Shown here one piece after another: positions 36,802 through 48,039 of a DNA stretch of 64,000 nucleotides. The notes beneath the pieces are model-generated. The model made no database searches and was not told where the DNA came from. It saw only the letters and a list, made by a program, of their open reading frames with translations. The DNA comes from Marsupella aquatica (Eukaryota > Plantae > Marchantiophyta), in the NCBI GenBank assembly GCA_973895155.1, contig OZ316896.1, positions 6,748,166 through 6,812,165 of the forward strand. The letters are read 5' to 3'. Each line of letters opens with the position of its first letter. Position 1 is the stretch's first letter. The position numbers and the translations under genes are program-made.

Positions 36802-37395
36802 TTGCAACTCTACCTTTGCCAGTGATACACTCTCGCTGTTTGCAACACTCTGGCAAAGTCTGAGCTCAAACCGCAGCCGATTTCCCTTCCAACTCGAAGT
36901 GAAATTTTGCCCCAAGCTCAGAATCCCAAAACTGGACACGTAGCAGATCGTGCATGCTAAAGTGCATACCAAACGATGTCGGTTGCAGCTCTAACTTTGC
37001 CAGTGATACATTCTCGCTGTTTCCAATGCTCTGGCAAAGTCTGAGCTTAAACCGCAGCCGATTTCCCTTCCAACTCGAAGTGAAATTTCGCCCCAAGCTC
37101 AGAATTGCGAAACTGGAGACGTAACAGATTGTGCATGCTAAAGTGCATATCAAACGATGTCGGTTACAGCTCTAACTTTGCCAGTGATACATTCTTGCTG
37201 TTTCCAATGCTCTGGCAAAATCTGAGCTCAAACCGCAACCGATTGCCCTTCCAACTCGAAGTGAAATTTTGCCCCAAGCTCAGAATCGCGAAACTGGAGA
37301 CGTAGCAGATCGCGCATGCTAAAGAGCATACCAAACGATGTCAGTTGCAGCTCTAACTTTGCCAGTGATACATTCTTGCTGTTTCCAATGCTCTG
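36802..37395 (-). repeat. 181-bp tandem monomers in the LINE 5' UTR, about 3.3 copies
   Basis: Units start at about 36802, 36984, 37165 and 37346. Confidence 0.9.
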
Positions 37396-38764
37396 TTTCC
37401 AATGCTCTGGCAACTTGAGTCGATGGTTTCCAATGCTCTGAATACTTGAGTCGATGGTTCGACTGTCCAACCTGCACACATACATTTTCTACCATTATAC
37501 ATGTGTAGAATCCCCCCACATGAATGGACTCCAGATATAATGAGTTCTTCCATTGCTGACAAGATCAGACATTACCTGCCCCTCTTCCAGCGTTCGTAGG
37601 TACTCTATTTTGAAATCCCTGCCCATTACCTTCACCACCTTCCCAACCTTGTTCATTCCACGACCCACCATCATCCTCCCAACCTGGTTCAACCCATGTC
37701 TGTCCTTGTGAACATTGAAACTGATCATTACCAGCATTTGCCCAATCAGGTTGGGCAGAATCTGCATGCAATGGCAGGTGGACAGAATTTCATGTTGTAT
37801 GAATCCAATACATCCAAAACAATGTCAAAAATTGATATGCAGTCTGAAATTCTTAAGTGCCATGCCTTGACAAAAACTGGCATATAGATATATACTCACA
37901 TCCCCATGGTTGAGGTGGACGTCCATACCCACGAGACTGTGGGTTTGGACCTGCACTGTCTCTACCACAGGCATAACCTTGACCTTGCCCTCTGCCATAG
38001 TATTGGGCACCAACCTGGGATCTACCACTACTACCACCTTGCCAACTTTGATTAGAGGTCAGCCCCCCTGCTGGTATGGTGCATGCACAAGCATTGCAGG
38101 CAAAACAAACTGACAGGACGCTACATCACATCACCAACTACAATGTCACAAACTAAGCAAGGTACATATGTGTAGTACTAAACATATCAAACCTCTAAAC
38201 AAGAGAGTTTAACTCATAACCTTGTCGGGAAAACTACTTACGTGTTTCTTTTGGGGCTGCTCTGCAATGTATTCATCTTCATAATCCCCATCCTCATCCA
38301 TTTTCTCTGGAAAATACTCATCATCTGCATCTTCTTGTCTAGTGTCTGCACCCACCTGTACAGCATCCATGTCATCTCCACATTTTTCCATTGTAGGTAC
38401 GACCTTCTTGCTTAACCTTTCACTCCAATGCACAGGCCCAGAGATAGTGCTAGTCACCCTCCTTGCATACTCTTTTTGTTTCTTTGAAAGTTTTGTGGCT
38501 CTGCGACATTCCAATATGAAAATACAGTCATAATTTCAGTGCCACATTGAACTATTCATGTCACACAAACTCAGCGGAGGATTGTGGTTGAGAATTGTTC
38601 CCTTACAATTCAGCCACATCCTTTTTCAGTCCCAGTTTTGCGATTTTGGCTTTCACGTATGCTCGATGTTCCATAGCTTTCCTTTCATACTCACACATCT
38701 CTGTGTCACTCTCTTCCATCTAACTGGACCACAAAAACATGTCATCTATGGTCACCCTGTATAA

Positions 38765-39380
38765 GTCAAAGTCAAAGTCAAATTCTAAGCTCCACGACGA
38801 CCCAATGAGTCAAGGGAGCTGTGGCAAAAAAGCCAAATACAAAGCAAAGAAATGAGTCAAATGCTCATGTGAGGATCTCTACATCCTCACTAATAACAAA
38901 CTAAGGACCTTAAGAGTCACTAATGTGTAATGCTATCACATCATTTCCTATCCACTGCCATGATATACAATCCAAGTTGCTTTGGTGGCAACCTAAATAG
39001 ATCATGCAGATCAGAAACAAGGATTTGATGTGCTATTTGAACCTCCTCATACCGTCTACATGCTATGAATACATGATATTCATTCTCAATGCTGCCACTA
39101 TCACAAAGTCTACACACCCTATCCTGCCTCCTAATTCCCTTCCATCTACCCTCCTCTACCTCCAAGTGATGTGAGTTGAGTCTATATCTAGCAATCACTT
39201 GTCTCAACCTCATAGAAATGGGAGCTCTAAGATACTCTTGTTCTTCATACAACATCATGGGGTTTACATCCCTCATAAAATACTGTAATCTAGGGCTAGG
39301 ATCACTCCAAAGTTTTCTAATAGCTTTATCACGCAAGAGTGACCAAAGCTATTAGAAAACTTTAGGGTTTAGGGTTTAGG
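38765..39380 (-). mobile_element. 5'-truncated LINE of a second family, (TTTGAC)n tail, TSD GTATAA
   Basis: ORF2 C-terminus (RVCRLC...ENEYH...C). GTCAAA repeats from 38765. GTATAA at 38759-38764 and 39381-39386; the empty site is seen in copy A at about 30423-30428. Confidence 0.9.
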
Positions 39381-39381
39381 G
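39361..39381 (+). repeat. Interstitial telomeric repeat (TTTAGGG)3 at a LINE 5' junction
   Basis: Directly visible; absent from the homologous site in copy A. Confidence 0.95.
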
Positions 39382-41536
39382 TATAACACAATGCAACCAC
39401 AATCACCAGGCATCCATCCATATATCTCTGTTGCTTCAGAATTACTTTATTACACATCCTTCCCCTCACTAATGTCCATGCAAACAATTCACATTACTCA
39501 TATAACAGGCACATTGTTGGCATTTGCATCTTTGAATTCACCTCCTTCAGCAAATGTCTCTACCCTTGTCATAGGAATGAAGCCCCTGCTATCATGAACT
39601 ACAGGCACTCGGTCTGAACACCGATGATCAAAGGCACTATGTGAGTGTAAATGAAACTCAAGGTTTGATCCTTCCATCCGACATTGCCTGGCCTGTTTAT
39701 GACACATTACACGCCAACCTGGGGAGTCTTCCACATCCAGGAAGAAAGCTTACTCCACCTGACTGGGAAACACAAATGGCTCAGACCATTCGGGCAATTT
39801 CCCTCTGAAATTGGCCAGCAAGAAACCGTCGTTGTCTCTCTTCATGGTAGCCCTGTTACCAAGCCAATCCTGCCGCACCCATGAACCTTTCATAAGAATC
39901 ACAGGACTGGACACTACCCCATAGTCCAGAGCCCATATGTCAACTAATTCTCCCACATATCCCATCTCCATCCAGGCCCTGTCGTGATTGTGGCTTTGTT
40001 GCTCAAATACAGTGATGAGCTCACAGTCATTTGTCACCCTGTAGGCACTATCACCATCCTTCACTCAAAAGTGATTTCCATATGTTCTCATCCGTTTGTA
40101 AGTCTTCACTTTCAGGCTAGGGGCATTAGACAGTAGGTAAACGTCTGCATCCATGTTTGGGTGGGTCTCGTGATGCTCTCTAATTTCCACTCTGATCCAC
40201 TCCATGAAACCTGGAAAGTTGTTCCTGTAGTGGGATGGGCCGCCTTCAATGACTCATACCCCTTGAACAAACAACCACACAGCATTAGCTTGGCTAAAAT
40301 GAACAGGCTGAAGGAGAAAATCACACTGTCACGCACACAACATTTAAGCTCATGAACTGGATTATAGCACATGTATGCACTCACTGTATCCATTGTTCCA
40401 TCACCACAGTGTTGTGCAATACAAAGTCATGTGCCAAGTCTCTCATAGTAGATATGGTCAAAATCTTTGTGGTTGCAGCCCCTTCCAGTACTTCACCTAT
40501 CACCCTTTCCTCCTCATCAGAATTTCACACCCTGGTCTTCACATGCTCATATTGTGCTATGTATTCGGTCAGAAATCCCAGAGTCTCGTCTTTGATGTAA
40601 CCTTTAGCCATGCTTGCTTCAGGTTTGTAATATGTTCTCACGTGACCTTTGAGTAGCTTCATGTACCGTTCCAAAGGGTACAACCAACGAGCACTCATAG
40701 GCCCAAATTGGTGTAGCTCTTCCACAACATGGACAAGTAGGTGAGTCAAGACATCAAAAAATGCTGGAGGAAAATAAATCTCCAGGTCACACAACACCTG
40801 AGCGACATCTTCTGTCAGTTGTGGGAAGTGGGTTTCATCCCAAACCTTCACACAAATACGACGAAACACATCACTAAGTCGCATGATCACATTATGAACG
40901 GGCTTCTGCAACAGGCCCCACAGGCATAAAGGCAACACCTGTTGCATCAACATATGGTAGTCATGGCTTTTCATACTACCAAGCTTTCTAGTCATGATAT
41001 GTTTCTTGAAAGCATTGCCATAGTTTGAAGGAACCTTCAAAGAACTCAACCTCTGCACAAATAGTTGCCACTCTGTGTTTATTAGAACATAGGGCGCTTG
41101 GTACTTCAAGAGCACATTAGCTTTGTGGGCATGTGGCCAAAAGCAAGCTAGAGGGGGTATTATTTGATGTCACAAATGTCACATTTCAAATACCATAGAG
41201 GATGGTACTTGAAATGTACAAGGACCAAAAAGGACCATGGAAGGGCTTAGATGTATCTGAATGGGTGGCCAAGATTAGACAAGCATTACTGTGTAGCCCA
41301 AGAAGTAAAGGTGATGATTTCCTTGGTGTTGCCCTTCACTACCCACAGCCGACATTGTCACTTAAGGTACTAAGCTTAAGTAGTACTTTCTTGGAATTCA
41401 AATACCTCGTAACTCGTGTTGACCCTATGGTTTGAACTCTATGCAAGTTCCCAAGTCCATTGTACATGGCGCGTTAGGTCGTGAGTCCTTCTACAAACAT
41501 CGTTACGTGTCATATACTCGTGGACGCACTACACCT

Positions 41537-41790
41537 GTAAGTTTTTCTTAATCTTGAGTAAGTTTTTCTTGAGGGAAACAAGCTGCCCCGACATTGCGAT
41601 GCAGAAATTTGGTGGTACTCACGGATGCACTATACCAAGTAAGTTTTTCTTGCGAGAAACAAGCCCAAACATTGCGTATGTTGCAGAAATTTAGTGGTAC
41701 TCACACACGCACTATACTTGTAAGTTTTTCTTGCAAGAAACAAGCCCAGACATTGAGAGAAACAAGCGCGGACATCGCGTTGCAGAACTT
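41537..41790. repeat. Degenerate tandem repeat of about 80-100 bp (GTAAGTTTTTCTTGC.AGAAACAAGC...)
   Basis: Three related units are visible. Confidence 0.65.
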
Positions 41791-42153
41791 TTGTGTTACC
41801 TTGTCCTTTTCGTGTTCGACATTCACCTTCTTTTGCTCCTGTTTGGAGCTTCAATGTTGCGTTTTGCGTCGCATTGCCATGCATTGTGGTCTAAGGGATA
41901 TTAAGGACTGTAAACATCTGACCTCGTAGCGAATGTTCCTTACTCTGCGACAGGAAGCTGCGGCATTACTCTACGTTTAGACCTTCATTACTCTGTGGCA
42001 TTACTCTATGTTTAGGAGAACAAACATTGTAGCTCAAGGGCGGTTGAAGTAGGGTGAATCTCTACCCTCACACATGATCTCATGGTGTTAACCCAACATC
42101 ATGAGTAGTGTTTGGGATGAAGCAGCGAAAGCCAAAAGAGACCGACGAAATTT

Positions 42154-44165
42154 TGGTAATGGTAATGGTAATGTATTATAAGCTCCGGGACCATGAAAGT
42201 CAAAGGAGCTGCCACAAAAAGTAAAGTACAATGCAATCAAAGAAAAGAGCAACCAAAAGAGATTGCTCAGAAGAGGACAACTATGTCCTCAAAGAAACTA
42301 TGGACCTAGAGAGCCCTGAAAGATTTTCCAAACCTATTCTCCTTTCCCTATCCACCGCAAAGATATATCTTCCAAGTTGCTGAGGGGGCAGACCAAACAA
42401 TGCATACAAATCTTTCACCAAGATTTGAGATGCCATCCTAACCCCCTCATAAAACTTGCAAGCAATGAATACATGATATTCATTCTCTATACTAGAGCTA
42501 TCACATAACTGACAAACCCTCTTTTTCCTGTCAATATCCTTCCATCTCCCTTGTTCTACTTCAAGGTGGTGTGAGCTTAGTCTATACTGAGCAATAAGTT
42601 GTCTAAGTTGTACTGAGATAGTGCTAGATAAGTATTCTTGTTCTCGATATTTCTTCATGGGGTTCACATCTCTCATGTAGTATTGCTGCCGTGGGCTAGG
42701 TTCATGCCAAAGTTTGTGCAAAGCCTTTTGCTCAAGTTTTGCTCTTAGCTTGGTTGGGTGTGTTGGCCATTCATGTTCAGGAAAATCCCAAGCATGGGCC
42801 CACCTGCACACATCTGCATACCACCCTTTAGCTGAAGATGAGCGCAAGGCATGAAAAGGAAATCTGTTTTCCTCCAACTCTCTTACACGCATGATGTATT
42901 TGAGTGTGTGGAAGAGGGCCTCCACCTCCAAAGGAAACAAGCCTGCCTCTGCAAGTGTAAGTGCATATGGGGTTTGTGACTTGATCCCAAGCTCCATCTC
43001 AAGAAATAGCTTTTGCAGCCCCTCAATCTGTTGCCACCCAGATTTAGACACACCTGCTCCCCAAATTGGTGCTCCATAAAGAATGACTGGTTTCACCAAA
43101 GCTCCAAAGAGATGTTTCCTTAACCTCCAAGTGTGTAGACCAGCTTTTTTGCATTTGTTCATGAATGCATAAAAAGCTCTGTACCCATTGGCAGCCCTAG
43201 ATTTTACACATGAGGCCCAACTCAAGTTTTGAGAGAACTCCACCCCAAGGTATTTGTAGGTCCTCACAAATTCCACCAGATTCCCTTGGAAGTAGAGCTC
43301 TGGATTTTGTGGTGTGCCAATGCCCAAACACTTGGTCTTCTTGAGGTTGACTACCATCCCTGTTGCTTGACAAAACTCCTCCAAGGCATTGAGATGTCTT
43401 TGCAAAGCTTCTTGAGCATGAGCAAGTAGGACCACATCATCTGCAAATATAAGAAGTTGGAGGACAAACCTACCCAATTGAGTGCCAACTCCACCATGCT
43501 CCTCCAAAATGTTGTGTAGCTGATCAATGAAGATGCCAAATAGAGTTGGTGAGAGAGGACAACCTTGGATCACCCCAAGAGTGCTCCAGATTTCTTCAGA
43601 GGTTTCCTTTGAAAGTTTGATGCGCACTTCTTGGTACAATTTAGAAACAGCCAACCTGAGCTCTTCAGGCACTTCCAACTCCACCATCCTATCCCAAAGC
43701 TTGGATCGGGAAACTTTGTCAAAGGCCTTGGAGAAGTCCACAAACAAGCAAAATAATGGTTTATGTGGAGATTTGGCCTTTTCACACAACACCCTCAAGC
43801 AGAGAATGTGATCCATAGTGCTGAATTCTCTCCTAAAACCTGCTTGTGAAGGTGCCCTTTTCATCTCACTCTCCAACCAAGAGCTTAATCTGGCTTCAAG
43901 TAGTCCTCCCAAAACTTTAGCAAAAGTATTGCCTACCATGATGGTTCTGTAGTTGTGCACATCATCCTTGTTGCCTGCCTTGAAGATAGGCACCACTCTT
44001 CTGGTCATCCAAGCTTTAGCTTAGGGTTTAGGGTTTAGGGTTTAGGGTAAACCTAAAGCCATTGCTTGATTCAGCTCATGCACCAAGTTTGTTAGTAAAG
44101 AGGGTCCTCCCCACAAAAGAAGCTCCAAGTTCAGGCCCAACAGATCTTTAGCTTTCCCATGTTGC
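42154..44165 (-). mobile_element. LINE copy 2, 5'-truncated, near-identical to copy 1
   Basis: Same tail and 3' UTR as copy 1. The 575-aa RT ORF differs at only a few residues (KRAG/KKAG, SRLS/SGLS). Confidence 0.95.
44020..44046 (+). repeat. 27-bp telomeric insertion (C-TTAGGG-(TTTAGGG)2-TTTAGG) inside LINE copy 2
   Basis: Copy 1 reads AAGCTTTAG|GTAAACCTAAAGC at about 16225-16246. Copy 2 has the insert at the bar. Confidence 0.95.
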
Positions 44166-44479
44166 TATCAATACAATCAGACATGGGAAATGCCACAAAT
44201 GCCTCCATGTCCTAGCCGATGTGAGCATGCTTTATAAATAAAGCGCCGAGGATGGGGGAAGGTTGAATGAAAGTTCACAATATGAACCACGACATCTCGA
44301 AATGAAGCAGACTGCCCTGCTTCCATGACCTGCTCAACTTCTGTTACAGGAGTCCCCATTCTTCTGCGTCAACAAGATCCTGCAAAACTACAAGTCCAAT
44401 ACTCAAATCAATACTCAAGGATTCCCGATGGATATTCAATGACAAAACCTTGCTTGCACTACCACAACATGACACACAA

Positions 44480-44900
44480 TCCTCAAGGGATTACACTACT
44501 ACTCAAAGGTATTGAACTAATACTCGCAGGAATTTGAAACAATACTCAAACGCGTAACTTACATAATACTCAAAGGTATTTACATAATACTACAAGGTAT
44601 TTACATAATACTACACGGTATTGTGACAATACTACAAGGTATTGTGACAATACTACAAGGTATTATGATAATAATACACGTTATTGTGATAATACTCAAT
44701 GGTATTATGATAATACTCAATGGTATTGAGATAAAACTCAACGGTATTGAGATAATAGTACTTGAGGTATTATGAAAATACCAGGAATTGACTAACACCT
44801 GAAACTCTTACAGTAATACCTTATTGTATTAGACTAATACCCGAAGGTACTAAACTAATACTTAGTATTAGAGTAACAATCACAGGTACCAGGTAAATAC
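44480..44900. repeat. 21-bp minisatellite (ATAATACTACAAGGTATTGTG-like) with internal AATAC/GTATT dyad
   Basis: More than 10 units between 44560 and 44780, with degenerate flanks. Confidence 0.85.
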
Positions 44901-45199
44901 TCTGTGACATGAAAGCACAGCCAGAGAAATTACCTGAGTCTGGTAGTGCATGTAAAGTGAGTATTCAAATCTACATAATATGCATGTATGAAGTGAGTGA
45001 ACCCTAAACCAAATAAACCTGTGACAATACATAGAAATTGACTGGTACAAAGGATGAGCAATAGGAGAGTAAGAAAATTTACCATCAATGCATCCACATT
45101 GGGTATCTAGACAGACATCTAGGGTTCATGAATGCTCAGAGGCAGACGACAATGTCAACATAGTAGTCCTATTTAAATTACCCAGCCTCACCTATTACA

Positions 45200-48039
45200 A
45201 TTTCCTAGCTGATCCACGACCTCTTCCTCGTCCTTTGACAGGTGGTTTAACCTTTTCAACTGACTTTAAGGCAACATTACCACCCTTGTCATGAGCAGGA
45301 TCCAATCCTAGACTGATAGCAGCACCCCTTAACTTCCCCTTAGCTTGAGAGGAGCTTGTGCCATTCTTCTCCTCGGCCTTTCACTTTTTGCTACTCCCCT
45401 TACAAGACTCAGAGCCAGGCTCAGAGTCATTAGAGACATTCTCCACCTGAGTGACCGAACCAGGTTCTGGAGCAGCACCCTTTTCGACCTTCACAATTGA
45501 GAGATTCACCTCACCCTTGGACTCCGGGGCTGAAGTCTGCATTTGAACTAGAGTAGGAACTGACTTGATGTCAACTTTTGAGACCCTCAACAACTCATGG
45601 TGTACATGTGCAGCTTTACCAACAGCCTCATGATATTCGATAGACTTCTTCACACTTTCCTGCAGCGCAAAACAATATCCCACAATTAGCAATTGACCAA
45701 TATCCCCGCTAATACCAATGGTACGACAAAGCCAGATCATACTATGCCAACAACTCGAGTGACCAGGTTTAGTGATATACCTTTGAATATAACTTGGTCA
45801 CTTTCTTATGCTTCAAGGCTTGATTCTCCCTCCTTCCCTTTAAATTCAAGGCATTCTTGCAATACAGATCACTAAGGCTCTTTTGAAAAGAGATAGATTG
45901 TTCTTCCAAACCCCAATCATCTGCTAGCTTCACTACATCTGGATGGTCCACTCGGGATGAACCCCAGCACTTCAGCCAGGCTGGATGAAACACTTCAGCA
46001 CAGGCTAAACACTTAGGAGGTTTACTGTCACCGTTTCGAAGCAACGGGAACAAACAACTTGGATGATAGCAATGTCCACATGATGTGGGAATCCAATTGT
46101 TACAAAAGAAGCCAAGAGAGCAAACAGGGCATTCGCTTATGGGAAAATAAGCCTCCTCTGTCTGCGCAGGACAAATGATACTAATAGGGCATACATAAAT
46201 TGCATGAGAGGTATTCAAGTGCTCCTTTAGTCTTGCGCACTCTAGATTGAGAGCATCATAGGACTTTGTCAATTTGTATGCTGTATGATCTAGCTTGTGC
46301 AAGGTCTGTTTCCCATACTCCTGTTCCTCATCCAACTTATTCAACTCTTTCATAAGAACTTGAGCATCTGCGACTACATCAATGCGCTTCTGCTTTGAAG
46401 CAGCCAAGTTTGCTTGCAGTATATTTGTTTCATTGCAACACGAGACATATTTTTCTCGCAACCCTTTGCAAAGTGCCTGCACAAGTCCCGGCCAACACAA
46501 CAGGATTGTTATAAGCAACTGAAAATCACATTCAACAAAGATAATATGAAAACAAATGTAGCTTTAAACAAAATGAGATCATTTACCTCGTCTTCAGAAT
46601 GCTCTTCGTCAGGATCTTGCAGCAGTTCAAGATCCTCAGATACTTGAGCTTGCTCTTTGACCTGAGCATGGATGCGTCGCTGTACGTCGTGGATGATATT
46701 AGTGAGTTCATTCTTTTGCACTTTCAACCTTGACAATGTCGTTTGAATTGAGTTGATTCGATCAGTAGCCTCATTCTGAGCTGCTGTGAATTGAATGGCA
46801 TCTTGTGTAGACTTCTGCATTTCAGGGCCAAGCTCTGCAAGACTAGCCTCCACTACCTCCAACATTGTTTCAAGAAGTGTATTCTTCTGGTGTGGAACTG
46901 GCGTGCCAGTAGTGACTCCAGTGCAAAGTTTTTTGGTTTGAGCTTCTGGAAAACCTATGAAACTATTTTCTGGTGACATTTCATGATTCGGACCACCTAC
47001 CTGAGAAAGGGACTCACCTTGCTCTTGCTCATTTGCCTCTAGTCCTAACACCGTACCTGGAGATATTGTATCTTGCTGCAATTGGTTCATGTTTTGCGGG
47101 AAGTTTTGACTACTCGAATGAGGACCCGAGGCTTCGGGTGACTTGAGCTCTAGGTTTGCCGGTTTCTCCTCCCCAGGTGATTCACAATGTGCTCCACTCG
47201 CAACGGACTGTATTCTATTGAAGAGGTCTAGAGGAGGGATATACTTTGTCTCAATCCTCTTCCACGGTGGCGAGTTTCTATCGATTGGAGACTTCCTTAC
47301 AAACCTCAACCGAAGCTGCCCTCTATGCTTGTCTGCACCACAAGCTGCCCAATTCACAGGTTTTTTTAAGATCCGCTCATAGTACAAACCTTTGGCAACC
47401 TCCACAGTGTATGGTTGAAACTTTCCGATTCCGTCCAGCGCACAGGTAAGCATGGCGATGTCGTCGGCAGGAATCCCCTTAACGCCATCCTTCTTGTAGC
47501 CGTTCTTCCCAGACTTGTTCCCAAAATACTCCTCCAACACCTCAGCGGACACGTCTTCACTTGTGAGCTACTTCGGAATGCTTCCCACATTGGGCATTGT
47601 GGAAATGATCGATGTCCTTCACAAACTCATCAACTGTCCACTCTTCTGATGAGGGGACCTTTACAAGACTCTCACCGTGTGATTTCGGTGGTAGCTTGTG
47701 ACTCGTGGACTTTCCAGGCATTTCAGAAGACATACCTGTTGTGTAGCTTGAGTTCTCCCAGCTGCTCGCTCCAAGCGTTGGCAACAAACTATTTGGGCGC
47801 AAACCTGCGCTATGCGACTCCGCCCGAGTCCCTTGAAAGCACGTTACTCCAGAGTCTGACTCGTCCCTTCCAGTGCCTTGCGCCTGAATTACAACACAAG
47901 AATGTGAGTTCAATGTCATCTTATTTGAAAAGATTGAATGTGTGCCTAATGCGTGGCCTAGATCATAGAAGACATTCAATATTAAACAAGTGGGGAAGAA
48001 AACAATCAGAGCAACTTTCCGAATGTCCTCAACTTTCAA
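45200..48039 (-). pseudogene. Spliced gene encoding coiled coil, RING-H2 finger and a C-terminal GRGRG AT-hook-like motif; frameshift near 47555
   Basis: CPVC...SCGHCYHPSC...CLAC (45769-46518) after heptad repeats. Introns near 46485-46587 and 45663-45780. Confidence 0.6.

Larger units (their letters stand above)
35034..37440 (-). mobile_element. LINE copy 1, 5' half (5' monomer repeats, ORF1, APE endonuclease)
   Basis: Continues the element split at the CAG TSD. Confidence 0.9.

Noticed and set aside
39361-44047. True chromosome end or telomere-targeting LINE
   Set aside because: The tracts are only 3-4 units, internal, and lie at 5' or internal positions rather than at the 3' insertion site.
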